Positions 13,257-27,530 of a DNA stretch of 64,000 bases are shown piece by piece. Each line of letters begins with the position of its first letter. The stretch's first letter is position 1. The notes under the pieces were generated by a model. That model was not told the DNA's origin, did no database searches, and saw only the letters and a list, made by a program, of their open reading frames with translations. This DNA comes from Eledone cirrhosa (lineage: Eukaryota). The DNA is taken from positions 51,646,001 through 51,710,000 of the forward strand of contig OZ024751.1 in assembly GCA_964016885.1 (NCBI GenBank), read 5' to 3'. A program made the position numbers and the translations under genes.

Positions 13257-14020
13257 GCTATAATCATGACCCATGTATATGCATATGTTTAAACATAACA
13301 CCGTACTCACACTTTTATATGACCCTTGTATATGCATGTTTAAACATAACACCGTACTCACACTGGTACACAAAGTACCTTTTTGTAGCAGTATTTTGAC
13401 TTGGCATAGGATTTTTTTATAACAGCGCGCCTTATGATAATTGTTCATCATAAACTGACCACATCACTTTATATAATATTTGTTAAATTGAATAATTTAG
13501 CTCCAATAAAGGTTGGCTGTCGTGGGTGCGCAGGTCGTTCCTTTAAACAAAAGAGTAAGAACCAACCGTTAGGGAAGTGAGCAAGAGAACAACCACCAAG
13601 AATAACACATGAACGGATGGGGGACTATGTATATGCCAGTAGAGTTTGGCAGTCAATGATACGTAGGTCGTTTCCGCAATAAATTCTTGGGAATCATGGG
13701 CTTTACGGGAGTGGGCAAAAGAACGGCCATGACGAACAACGTGGAGGCAACATGGATGGCATCTAGATTGTTCTGGCTGAAGAAAAGTGACGGGTGGTGG
13801 CCAAGTAAATGTATAAAATCCACTTGCACACAGGTCCAACCTCGGTCTTGTCAGCTGAATGAGATTGTACGTTGTAAGATGCGAAACATCCCAAGACTCC
13901 ATCACACTGATGATATGTCCAAATATTTGTATCTATTGATATATAAAGAACAACATCCAGTGTTCTAGAAGTAACGGGGAGTACATTAGCTAGTATGTCT
14001 TTTTTTAAGGTGGCATGTGA

Positions 14021-14055
<35 letters not shown>

Positions 14056-14799
14056 ACGAAAGAGAGTTTGTGACTCTGTCTATGTGTTTCTGGATGTGTG
14101 TGCCCCAGCCCCTGAAATTGCTGGCCTTTTGCCTAATTTAGAAACCTTTATTATAATCATGTTTCCAACTCTTTATATTCTGAAATATCAGCAGTTTCAG
14201 GGAATGGGGCGCACACAGAAACACATACACACAGTCACAAACTTTCTTTTGTTCGCGCACATACACACGCACACAAACACCCATACACATATTAAGTATG
14301 TCTATGTAAATACATATATACATGTACATACATATGTATCTGTGTGTGTGTTTGTTTTTGTGGGAGAGATGTATGTGTGTCTCTGTGTGTGCGCGCTTGA
14401 GCGTTTGTGTGGGGGAACGGAGGTGAATCTGGAGGATGGAGTGAGTGTGGGGGATGGGGCGAGTGTGTGGTGGAGTGAGTATGTGGGACGGGGTGAATGT
14501 GGGGGGATGGTGGGTGTGTGTGACGTCAATTGAGACAGAAAGATGTGTCCATAGCTGTTGTGCTTGTCTCTGAAATATAAATTAGATTATCGGTTTTCTC
14601 CTAGCCTATTAATGGGTTGTGAATTCATTCTTAATTACTTGAAATTATCTCCCATTCTCAGTCAAAGTTGCTAACAATCACCGCTAGGATTTTTGTCTAA
14701 CTTCTCTCTCCGCGAGGGAAATTTAATAAATAGAGAATTTATCGATTTATTGTGCATGGCATCATTCAGTACACATCGGTCGACTTGTATGTTTGTAAT

Positions 14800-14884
<85 letters not shown>

Positions 14885-14932
14885 GAAACAAAACGTAGGG
14901 ATACAGGAATAAACACACACACCTACATAATT

Positions 14933-14972
<40 letters not shown>

Positions 14973-15164
14973 CATACATACATATATATATGTGTGTGCA
15001 TGTATGTATATACATGTATGCATATATGTATTCATATATACACATGTATATGTATGTATATACATACATATATGTGTGCGTGTGTATATATATATATAAC
15101 ATATATATATTTGTATACATATATACATAAATGCATACATACAAACAAACATCATTATTATTAT

Positions 15165-15241
<77 letters not shown>

Positions 15242-15688
15242 TACACACCATAATATCGATCAAATAATCTATCCCTTGTATGTCTAAAATTAATTATTCT
15301 TCAATCCTTTCATAATTTATCTTCTTCGCTATTCTTTCTTCATGTTTATCCGTAAACAGAATTTTAATAAATATAAATACACAGAGGGTCTTTCACGTTT
15401 CCCATTTCATGTTGCCTTGGCCTTAATTCCCATTCTGTGTTGCCTTGGTCTTAATTCAACTGTGATTCCTAAAGATCGTTTGTAATATCCAAACAAAACA
15501 TACAAACAACACAATTCTCTTTTATTCTTTTGCCATAAAAAATCTTTGATCTTTGTGTTCGAAACTCATTATTTAATGGTTAAATGTTTTGATTTTCATA
15601 TGTCCTATTGTGAATCTAGCTACCTTTCTGCCTAGCAATCAATCTATCTATCTATCTATCTATATATGTCTATATCTATCTATCTTTT

Positions 15689-15737
<49 letters not shown>

Positions 15738-15817
15738 TTGTATGTATGTATATATATATATATATATGTGTGTGTGTTTGTATGTATATATATATATATA
15801 TATATATGCTTGCATGC

Positions 15818-15874
<57 letters not shown>

Positions 15875-15884
15875 TACATATATA

Positions 15885-15937
<53 letters not shown>

Positions 15938-16083
15938 CATCATATATATATTTTTATATATATATTTATATATATATATATATATACATATCATATATAT
16001 ATTTTTATATATATATTTATATATACACACACACATACATACATACATACATACATACATACATACATACATACATACATACA

Positions 16084-16115
<32 letters not shown>

Positions 16116-16236
16116 ACTATCGTTTTATCTCGCTTTTTCAAGACCTTTCTATTTAATTATCTATTATTTCTATATTATGCATTAACTTCTCAATATATTC
16201 GGAATATCCTCACCTTTTATGTACATGCGCATGTGA

Positions 16237-16303
<67 letters not shown>

Positions 16304-16391
16304 ATGTGAGTAATATTGTAGAACAATAAAACTATGCATATATCAGATATATATATCAGAACTCTTTTAACCATCTTTTAATTTCTTCTTT

Positions 16392-16444
<53 letters not shown>

Positions 16445-16595
16445 CATGTATATGAGTGTTTGGCTCTTTTTGTCGAGAAAGATAAAGAGAAAGAGTGAGG
16501 AGGTGATTCAGAGGTGTAGCATTCTCTTTGCTAAGAGAACAAAGTAAAGTGTACACGATCGTTGTGACCATAAATATGCATATAGATATATAAAT

Positions 16596-16685
<90 letters not shown>

Positions 16686-16769
16686 CTTATTGTTGGAGTT
16701 GCTTACAAATTTATACAAGTTTCGTGCTGGAAAAGCTATCATCAACGGCCATATTTATGAAGAAATGTG

Positions 16770-16817
<48 letters not shown>

Positions 16818-17351
16818 ATCTAAATGTTGCCTGTCTGCACATCGGTATATTTAGTATCAATTAATCTCTCCATATACATATATATATTTATATATTATAT
16901 ATATATATATTATATATATATATTATATATATATATTATATATATATATATATATATTTATATGTGTGTGTGTGTGTATGTGTGTGTGTATGTATGTATA
17001 TGTGTATATATATATTGTATATATATATATATATACATATACGTATGCATATTATACATAATTATGTGTGCGTGTATTCAACGTCCCCTTTCATTTAGCC
17101 CCCCTCCTCCCTCTTACTCCAACACACTTACACCCTATATATACATATTTTATAAACATTCATCTAGTTGTCCTTCCATGTATTCATTAGTCCAACTTCC
17201 TGTGGTGTGCGTATATACCTTATTTAATAGACAGGCCTCCTGATCCTAACGCAGATGTAACATGCAACCATTTAGGTAGCATAGCACTACAACTTTGTTT
17301 TGGCTTTCATGCCTAAAGAAGAAGTAAAGAGTCTAATTATAATAATCTAAA

Positions 17352-17560
17352 AGGCAAGTGGTGAATTAGCAGAGTCTTTAAAACTTCGGATGAAATGCTT
17401 TGCGGTTTTCGTTCCGGTTTTTTACACTCTCTGAGTTCAAATCACACGAAGGTTAACTTTTCCTTTCATCCTTTTGAAGTCTATAAATAAAAGTACCAGT
17501 CTAGTACTAAGGATCGATTCTTCTTCAATATCTCTTTCTCCGCTAGCCCCCCCCCCCCTC
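17352..17560 (+). mobile_element. tRNA-derived SINE
   Basis: GAGTTCAAATC B-box and ATAAAAGTACCAG body motif. Confidence 0.7.
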
Positions 17561-18777
17561 CCCTTCGCCTTCTCTGGAAGAAATCGGCTGAAAAGGAGAA
17601 TGGGCTCTCCAGATTTATCATGCCCAAGACACGCCTGTATCACGATGGCGTGTCTCCGACTCCATCAAGAGTTACGGGTCCATACATACATCTTTTTTCC
17701 GTTTGATGCACACGATTCGATATTTTATTTTATTATTAATTTAGCGAGAAAATGGTTGTGATTTTCGTAATCAGCATCAAAAACTGCATATATTCTTTTA
17801 GTCTTTTACTAATTTCCATCATTTGACTGCGACCGTGCTGGATCTTTCTGTGACCATCAGTGGGGAATCAGCTACATTGAGTTCTTTTCTCGGTGTGTGG
17901 CGGTCGATTAAATCTAGTCCTGGTCAGAACTCAACGCTAGATGAATGAAAGACCAAGTCGATCGCTATAGGATTTGAACTCAAAACGTAAATGATCGTAA
18001 CTAAATATCACAAATCATTCTAACGATGTTGGTAATTCACCACCCCGACAAGTTCTTTAGTGCGTTAGTTCGTTTTGTGGTATCACAGCCAAAGCCATGT
18101 TAGAGCACCGCCTTTATTGATAAACGTTCAACCTGTTCGAATTAACTAGCAAATGTGAACCTGTCAAAATTAGAAACCATAAATCTGATTGATCAGAATT
18201 GACCTGATATTAAACAATAACAACGACTAATTTACTTAATCCAATGACAATTTACCTTCTTTTTTTTTCACCCGTCTACTCGTCCACCCGTATTAATTTC
18301 ATCTTGCTCCTGTCGCAATTATCGAATAAATTGCTATTCAATATTAAATTTTTTATATATATTTCCTCATATAATCCGTCTGATCCCGGCGACCAACATA
18401 ACCTCACCTTCCATTTGTCAATCCTCAATTAGCAATTGTCTTTTGATGAAAATATGTTAATCATTGATCTCCGATAATTATATTATGTTGCTGCTTCTGC
18501 TGCTGCTGCTGCTGTCAATATTGTTGACGTTGTTGTTAATATTTTTTTGTTGGTTGTTGATACAACTGTTGATGATGTTCATGTTATTTCTATTAATGTT
18601 ATTGCTTTTTTCTGACGCTATACTTGTTGTTGTTGTTATTGTTGGTATTGTGGTTGTTGAGCATGATAAGGATATTGATGGTGATGATGGTGATGATGAT
18701 GATTGGGGAGGGGGGCTGGACTGTCTTGATGACAAGAATAGTAACAAAGTGACAAGAACAATTATGAATAATAATAA

Positions 18778-19315
18778 TTGTTTCTACTTTTGGCACAAGG
18801 CCAGCAAATACCCAGTGTATTACTGGTACTTTATTTTATCGACCCCGTAAGGATGAAAGGCAAAGTTAACCTCGGCGGGATTTGAAATCAGATCATAAAG
18901 GGTCGTAACTCTATGCTACAAAGCATGGCGTCCGACTCTCTACCAATACTGCCGATTCACCGCCCTTATGAATAATAATAATGGCTTCTACTTTAGGCAC
19001 AAGGCCAGTAATTTGGGGAGAGGGGAAAGTCGATCAAATCGATCCCAGTGCATGACTGGTACTTTATTTTATCGACCTAGTAAGGAAAGAAGAAAGGCAA
19101 AGTTAACCTCAGCGAGATTTGAACTCAGACCTCAAAGGGGCGAAACTCTATGCTACAAAGCATGACGTCCGACCCTCTTATAAAGGCACGAGGCCAGCAA
19201 TTACGTACAGGGTCGATAAAATAAAGTACCAGTCATACATTGAGTCGATTTAATCGACTTTTCCCTCCTCCTCAAAAAATTGGTGGCCTTGTGCCTATAC
19301 AAGGAACCATTATTT
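18778..19315. mobile_element. SINE cluster: two minus-strand copies (18778-18965, 18983-19178) and a plus-strand 3' part (19210-19315)
   Basis: Shared GGCACAAGGCCAG, CTGGTACTTTATTTTATCGACC and GATTTGAACTCAG motifs. Confidence 0.8.
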
Positions 19316-19631
19316 CATCTACATCACAGGTTCTCAACCCATTTAGGCCAAACGCCCCCTTTTGTCCCTCGAAATCACGAAACGCCCCTCCCCCCATTTT
19401 TCCATTTTTCAATATACTACTGATTTTTATATCAGTAGATTACTAAAAAATTGATTAACGATATTCCATAGATGTGTGTATTATCTTATTATGTGTTGTA
19501 TGTGGTCCTAGATGTGTGTATTATCTGATTATGTGTTCTATGTAGTCCTAGATGTGTGTGTTACCCGCTTCTGTTTTTTCTTTTCTTTTTTTTTATTTGT
19601 AATATTATTTATACAATAGGGAATAAAATAG

Positions 19632-21143
19632 ATCTACATAGTATTAACTCGTTACGGTTGAGTCAATAATTTCAGACATACCTTCCGAAACCCGGCCCGG
19701 CGTCACGCCACTACACTTTCGGGCCACATATGGGACCTCAAGGACAACAACATCACCTATGATCTCACTTGGAGATTACTGTCCAGAGCCAATTCTTACA
19801 CGGGAGGACGCCGTCCGTGGAATTTATGCTCGGAGGAAACTTTACAAATGCTGTTTTCGACGGACCAACTCCTAAACAAGAAAGATGAACTGGTTACTGC
19901 ATGTAAACATAGATTGCGTAGGACTTACCTCGCCCTCAAACCCCATAATGACCCGGGGGGGTAGACTAGGGCTATAACACCCCACTTGCCGATTTTGCAA
20001 TGGGTAACCCCTGCTTGCCAAGGGAGACGTAAGATCTTCTTTGTATTCTTTTATCGCTTCCTTTATTTCCTTCCTTCCCCCCTCTCTCCTTAGTCCTTCT
20101 ACCCCAGCTCTTCTCCTTTGTCGGCGTCTTTTCTCACCCACCCGAGGCTGCCCTTTGGCCCCTTGTAGCCTTAGTACCCCCACCCCCTCCCCTAGTCTAG
20201 GATAGATTTGGCGGACTCCGCCCTTTATAGCAGTTGATTTCTCAGTGGCACTTATGCCTTATTTTTTCGTTTCAGTATTTCTTTCTTCGCTTTTCTTTTG
20301 GGCGGGGTGGATTCTGAATTTATTCTTCCGTATTCTACCTTTACTTCGTACGAACTTTCATGTAGCTTGTTCTAGATCTTTTAGAGTTAGCATTAGTATA
20401 TATTTTTCTCGGGACTCAGAATTATTATCTCGTATTAGTTCACTTTGCTGCACTGGGTGGTTGCTGGAATTGCGCCCGGGATGGAAACCTTTATTGTTTA
20501 TTTCGTGGTAGTCTCTTTAGTATTTTGGCCCCTTTTGTTGACCCGTCACCGTATCATTTACGTACTTATACCTCTTAAAAGAGTCCTCGCCTATTCCGTC
20601 CCACCTAGTTCTTTTAATTATTTCGTTATTTCTTTATTTCTTTCTTTACTTCTTTCTTTCTTTATTTATTTATTTATTCTAGACTAACAATAGCCAGAGA
20701 CCTAGGTCGTAGAATTTAATTTACTTTACTTTTTTCTTTACACTCATTTGTTTTTCTTTACACTTATTTGCTTTTCTTCACTCTCAGTATTTTTTCTTTC
20801 CTATATATTTCTACCCCTATTGTTCTACCTACCGTTCCGACTTCCTCCCCCTCCCCCTCCCCTGTATCTTCTTTGACCTCATGCCCAGCTGTAGCTGGCA
20901 CTACAAACGCTTGATTGGGGCTACTCCACCCCCTCCCCTCTTTCTCCTACTGGCAGGTTTAGCCACCATCTCCCCTACTAATTTGCAACCACAGAATTAC
21001 TACCGATTTTTGACAATCACTTTGACCATATATGGAATTACCCCTTGAGAAGATCGGCTATTTAAATACCAGGATTAATTTTCATTTAGTCCAGAATTAG
21101 CCGTCGAAACGGCTTGAGCTCAGCTGTCGGGGTCTTACTGGTT

Positions 21144-21148
<5 letters not shown>
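19632..21148 (+). mobile_element. 3' part of a Penelope-like retroelement: GIY-YIG endonuclease remnant, 3'UTR and HHR-bearing terminus (family F)
   Basis: Frame 19632-19964 (absent from the ORF track) reads IYIVLTRYG*VNNFRHTFRNPARRHATTLSGHIWDLKDNNITYDLTWRLLSRANSYTGGRRPWNLCSEETLQMLFSTDQLLNKKDELVTACKHRLRR...*. This matches the YIG.T / T.LS..IW.LK / C.LC..E / LNK..E....C.H pattern of PLE endonucleases. Ends in an HHR and (TA)n. Confidence 0.85.
21040..21133 (+). ncRNA. Type I hammerhead ribozyme, U3-A8 core variant (family F)
   Basis: Stem I ACCCC/GGGGT; core TTGAGAA...GAAA; stem II GA(T)CGGCTA/TAGCCGTC; stem III ACGGCT/AGCTGT; GUC triplet at 21126-21128. Confidence 0.8.
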
Positions 21149-21218
<70 letters not shown>

Positions 21219-21335
21219 GTATGTGTGCGTGTGTGTAAGAGGGTGTGTGTAGGGGGTGTATGTAGCTTCAGGCACACACATAAATACATACAAGCACGCA
21301 CACGCTCACACAGACACGCACACATAATTATATGA

Positions 21336-21702
<367 letters not shown>

Positions 21703-21727
21703 TATACATATATATATACACATATAC

Positions 21728-21761
<34 letters not shown>

Positions 21762-21807
21762 GTATATATATATATACACATATATATACATATATATATA
21801 CATATAT

Positions 21808-22600
21808 ATGTCCCAACGACTTTCTTTAGCCGTTGCTCGCACCAACCGGAGGTATATGGTCTTTAAAGCGAAGAAATACCGATGATGGTTGGAAGATCAC
21901 TGATGAAGGACCACTTTATTCATATGTAACCCATTTGCAACTCCGCGGCACGTTTATTCTCATATTTACACATTTTTTCCCCCCGCTGTGACCCGTCTAC
22001 TTCGTTCTTACTGCTTCCTCTTTCTCTGTATCTTTACCCTCTCTAACAGTCACTCTCTCTGTTAGCCTCTCCTCACCCTTCACTCACTCACTCTCTGTTA
22101 CTACCTCTCCTCCTCCTCCTTCTTCCCGTTTGACCTGTGCGTAATTCTTTTCTTTCGCACGCTTGGCCAGGCCGGTTGGCATTTTTTCTCTCTCTCGTCT
22201 ACGATTTCACAGAACTTATGTTTACCGAATTCACGGACTAGACCCCTTCTTCCTCCCGTTAGACCTGTGCGAAATTCCTTCCTTGCTCACATTTCAACCA
22301 GGTTTGATGGTCTTTATTCTCTCTCGTTCACGATTTCACCGAACTTATATTCATGGAAATTTGGGACTTGACTCGTTCTTCCTCACTTTTCGTTGCTTCA
22401 CCATCTTTGTTTGTTTACACTCTCGCTGTTCCCTTTATTTACATGTCCCAACGACTTTCTTTAGCCGTTGCTCGCACCAACCGGAGGTATATGGTCTTTA
22501 AAGCGAAGAAATACCGATGATGGTTGGAAGATCACTGATGAAGGACCACTTTATTCATATGTAACCCATTTGTAACTCCGCAGCACGTTTATTCTCATAT
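21808..22600 (+). mobile_element. Family H: non-coding element with 158-bp direct terminal repeats
   Basis: 21808-21965 matches 22443-22600 (about 2 mismatches, offset 635). Pyrimidine-rich interior, CTGATGA in each repeat, (TA)n flanks. Confidence 0.75.
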
Positions 22601-22616
22601 GTATATATATATATAT

Positions 22617-22833
22617 AGGAACGAGTAGGACCCCGACGGCTAAGCTCAAGCCGTTTCGACGGCTAATTCTGGACTAAAATGTTAGTCCACATTTTAGTCC
22701 AGAATTAGCCGTCGAAACGGCTTGAGCTCAGCCGTCGCGGTCCTACTCGTTCCTATTACCCACTCTACTACCCTAAGTATTGAGTACTTTGGTGCGTTAT
22801 GGTCCACCTGGTTCCTTACCACATTTCCTTCGT

Positions 22834-22836
<3 letters not shown>
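22617..22836. mobile_element. Family F fold-back copy, axis ~22685 in HHR stem II
   Basis: TAGGAACGAGTAGGACC...GGACTAAAATGT-tagtcc-ACATTTTAGTCC...GGTCCTACTCGTTCCTA. Confidence 0.8.
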
Positions 22837-22864
<28 letters not shown>

Positions 22865-23033
22865 ACCTCATAAATGAACGGTGTGTTGTCAGTAAATAAA
22901 ATCTTAGTGGGAGATATTCACAATCTCGATCCTTAATTAAGTCAGTAACATACTGATTATAGAAAGATAATATCAGAAGCTAATAGAGAAAGAAAGACTT
23001 GAAAATAAGAGGCGATCATATAATTATTGAGGC

Positions 23034-23570
23034 AGTGCTAGACTTCAAGAATTGCTGTAAGAGTACATTGGGAGAGAAAGCTGAAGGTTAATCACCGCTT
23101 TATAATCAACAGTGAAAAAGGGATTATGGTGTTCGGTTCAGAATTGTATGGTCATTATTTCGATTCCCGGTGGCGCGTTTTGGTGCTACATGGTTATGTG
23201 TTGTATGTGGTCCCAGGTATGTGTGCTACCTGCTTGTGTGTTGTATGTGGTCCCAGATGTGTGTGCTACATGGTTGTGTGTTGTATGTGGTCCCAGATGT
23301 GTGTGCTACCTGCTTGTGTGTTGTATGTGGTCCCAGATGTGTGTACTACCAGCTTGTGTGTTTATGTGGTCCCAGATGTGTGTGCTACCTGGTTATGTGT
23401 TGTATATGGTGTGCTAGACCTCAAGAATTGCTGTAAGAGTACATTGGGAGAGAAAGCTGAAGGTTAATCACCGTTTTATAATCAACAGTGAAAACGCGTT
23501 GCTTAGGGATTAGGGTGCTCGGTTCAGAATCATAAGGTCATTATTTCGGTTCCCTGTGGCGCGTTGTATT
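23034..23570. repeat. ~150-bp direct repeats enclosing a 40-bp tandem array
   Basis: GTGCTAGAC.TCAAGAATTGCTG...AACAGTGAAAA at 23034 and 23411. Unit GTGTGCTACCTGCTTGTGTGTTGTATGTGGTCCCAGATGT occurs about 5.5 times. Related 40-mers at 19470-19565. Confidence 0.85.
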
Positions 23571-23659
23571 CTTTGTGTAGATATTTTATTTTATTTTATT
23601 ATTCGTTGTTCCAGTCCATTGTGTTTCATCAGTTCTGGGTTATATTTGATGAATTTAGT

Positions 23660-24082
23660 GTCGCATCTGCTGCAGCTATTGTTGCATCGGAGACGATTAT
23701 CGGTACATCTGACGCCATTAATAATACATCTGGTGTACTTAGTTTCAACGGATGTAGCTAATGTATGTTGCATTTGGTGCAGTTACGTTTGCATCTGATA
23801 CAGTTACTCTTGCATTTGGTGTAGTTACTGTTACATCTGGTGTACTTAATGATGTAGCTGGTGTATTTATTGCATCTGTTTTAGTTACTGTTGCATCTTA
23901 TGTAGTTAGTGTTGCATCTGGTGCAGTTACTGTATACCTAGTGTCGTTATTCTTGCATTTGATGCAGTTAGTTATATGTAATGTAGTTTTTCTTATAGCT
24001 GATGTCGTTAGTGTTGCATCTAGAGCGGTTATTGTTATATCTGGTGGAAATACTGATGCACCTAGTGTAGCTACTGTTACAT
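23660..24082. repeat. Degenerate 21-bp tandem repeat (TGTTGCATCTGGTGTAGTTAC)
   Basis: Recurrent GCATCTGGTG(T/C)AGTTA with ~21-bp period. Confidence 0.7.
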
Positions 24083-24209
24083 TTCCTGATGATTTCCTTC
24101 GAATGAAACAGTTCTAGTCCTGTTGAAGCCATTTCTATATTAAATATTTATACTCTGCTATATATTGAGCACCTTACTTACTGTGGTTACCCCCGATTGA
24201 AGCCGGGAT

Positions 24210-24210
<1 letters not shown>
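24082..24210 (+). mobile_element. Family E short element beginning at its HHR
   Basis: TTC-CTGATGA-T-TTC-CTTC-GAA-T-GAAA-CAG-TTCTAGTC-CTG-TT-GAAG, plus a tail shared with the 31898, 32872 and 36966 copies. Confidence 0.75.
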
Positions 24211-24247
<37 letters not shown>

Positions 24248-24380
24248 CGAAGGAGTTGTGGTAAGGAACAAGATGGACCATAACGCACCAGAGTACTCAA
24301 TACTTAGGGTAGTAGAGTGAGTAATAGGAAAATGTATGACCCCGACGGCTTGAGCTCTGCCGTCGAGGTCATACATTTTC

Positions 24381-24385
<5 letters not shown>
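24248..24385. mobile_element. Family F fold-back copy, axis ~24354 in HHR stem III loop
   Basis: GGAAAATGTATGACCCCGACGGC-ttgagctct-GCCGTCGAGGTCATACATTTTCC. Confidence 0.8.
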
Positions 24386-24418
<33 letters not shown>

Positions 24419-24494
24419 GTAAGGTTGCAAGATAAATGCGTCCGTAGGCGGTATGCCGGTTGAGCACTCGATGCTCGCGCAGAGCAGAGTATAA

Positions 24495-24784
<290 letters not shown>

Positions 24785-24976
24785 ACTGGAAGGTAATACC
24801 CGTAGTGGTAGAGGACTCAGTCCATGGGACGAGTTAGGTTGAAGTGGTAACACAACAGTTAGTTCACCATACCGAAACATAAAAAAGGTCACCATAAAAA
24901 TAACAACACAATCGGTACAGTATATATTTATATGGTGGGATATATTAGGTTAACACTTGAAAAAGCAGGAAGAGGG

Positions 24977-25012
24977 TCTTAACGTTTCGGACGCTAGTCC
25001 TTCATCAGAAGA
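24977..25012 (-). ncRNA. Minimal type I hammerhead ribozyme (family I)
   Basis: Minus strand TCTT-CTGATGA-A-GGAC-TAGC-GTCC-GAAAC-GTT-AAGA: canonical core, 4-bp stems I and II, palindromic ACGT in place of stem III. Confidence 0.75.
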
Positions 25013-25050
25013 AAGAATGAGAAATAAGATAGATTGAGAGTACGGGCGGG

Positions 25051-25083
<33 letters not shown>

Positions 25084-25349
25084 GGGAACGTACATGTGAT
25101 CATTCGAAATTACACAAGACTCAAAACGATAGTGGAGTCTCTATGTGTTCACTCGATATGCTGGAAATAACAGCCAAATATCTCTAAAAGCAAACTCCAG
25201 CGTTTTAGAATAAGAATACCTTAGATAATGTAAAACATATCCTTAAAAGATGCAATGTTCACGGTTGGAGAGCTTTTGATTAAATGTCCGCTCCATCATT
25301 CATGATTTCGGCTTAAACATGTGACTATGTTAAAAATCAATATTGTGAT

Positions 25350-25367
25350 CATTTTTGTTGTTGTTGC

Positions 25368-25405
<38 letters not shown>

Positions 25406-25654
25406 GTTGTCTTTGTTGTTGTTATTGTTGTTATTATTCCTTTCGCTACACTTGTTGTTGCTGTTGATGATATTGCTGCGATTGCTATTGTTGTTGTTGT
25501 TGTTGCCACCGTTGTTGTTGTTGTTGTTGTTGTTGTTGCTACTGTTGTTGATGCTGTTGTTGTTGTTAATATTGCTGCGATTGTTGTTGTTGTTGTTGTT
25601 GCTACCGTCGGTTCTTTACAGCTGATGAGTTAATAGTTAATGTTGGTTATTGTT

Positions 25655-25724
<70 letters not shown>

Positions 25725-25737
25725 CAGCAGCAGCAAT

Positions 25738-25821
<84 letters not shown>

Positions 25822-25873
25822 GGTGGTGATGGTGGTGGTGGTGGTGGTGGTGATGGTGGTGGTGGTGGTGGTG

Positions 25874-25913
<40 letters not shown>

Positions 25914-25961
25914 CAGTAGCAGCAGCAGTAGCAGCAGTAGCGGCAGCAACAGTAGCCGCAA

Positions 25962-26034
<73 letters not shown>

Positions 26035-26662
26035 GGTGGTTGCTGTTGTTGCTGCTGCGGTTGTTAATGCGGTTGATGTGATTTTAATTGTTGCGACTGA
26101 TTCCAGTATTGTTCATAATTATGATGATGATGAGGCTGGTGGAGGGGGTGTCGGGGGTGGGGTAGTAAGGATGAGGATGATGATGATGGTGGTGGTGGTG
26201 GTGGCAGTGGTGGTGGTGGTGGTGGTTGTGGTGGTGGTGTCAGTGATGGTAATGATGATGGCGGTGGTGGTGATGATGAAGTTGTTGTTGGTGGTGATGG
26301 TGGTGGTGGTGGTGGTGGTGGTGGTGGTGGTGGTGGTGGTGTCAGTGATGGTAATGATGATGGCGGTGGTGATGATGAAGTTGTTGTTGGTGGTGATGGT
26401 GATGATGATGGTGATGATGATGATGATGATATTAGTGGTGGTGGTGGTGGTGGTGATGATGATGATGGAGATGATGATGATCAACATAGTGATGATGGTG
26501 GTGATGGTGATGGTAATGATGATGATGGTGATGGAGATGATGATGATGATGATGTTAATGAAAATGAGGATGACGACGATGCGGATACTTATGTTGGTGT
26601 TGCTGCTGATGTTGCTGCTGCTGTTGGTGCTGCTGCTGTTGTTGTTGTTGTTGTTGCTGTTA
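25350..26662. repeat. Compound trinucleotide low-complexity tract (GTT/GTA/GCA/GTG/GAT)
   Basis: Source of the poly-V/L/M ORFs. Confidence 0.95.
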
Positions 26663-27078
26663 TCATATATAGTTCAGTTGAAGCTGTGTTAGTCAGTCCA
26701 TATATTATACTACCAAATTATGTATTATCTTGCAAATGGAATTATAACAAAACACACACATACATACACACACACACATACACACATACACACACACATA
26801 CATACACATACATACACACACATACATACACACACATACATACACATACATACACACACACATACATACACATACATACACATACATACACACACACATA
26901 CATACACATACATACACACACACATACATACACATACATACACACACATACATACACATACATACACATACATACACACACACATACATACACATACATA
27001 CACACACATACATACATATATATATATGTATATGAGTGTGTACTACATATACATATAACAACATAAAAATATATAAAC

Positions 27079-27144
<66 letters not shown>

Positions 27145-27194
27145 TATATACATATTTATATATACATATATATGTATGTATATATATGTATATA

Positions 27195-27232
<38 letters not shown>

Positions 27233-27484
27233 TGTGTGTATGTAGGTAAGTAGGTAGGTAGGTAAGTATATATACATATATATATACACACATATATATA
27301 TATGATATATATGCATGTATGTGTGTGTATGTGTATGTATATGAATGTGTGTGCATTTATATACATATGCATACACTGACAAAAATGTGCATGTTAAGAT
27401 ATATACTTATTTACACATGCATCTACTTTGCTTGGCACTGTGCATTAATGGCTGCTTTGCTGCATATATGTTTGTATGTGTGTA

Positions 27485-27530
<46 letters not shown>

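Noticed and set aside
13543-13968. Non-repetitive ORFs as a host exon or RTE LINE fragment
   Set aside because: No recognisable motif; similarity too weak to call without a search.
25355-26692. Poly-Val/Leu/Met ORFs as membrane proteins
   Set aside because: Translations of trinucleotide repeats.
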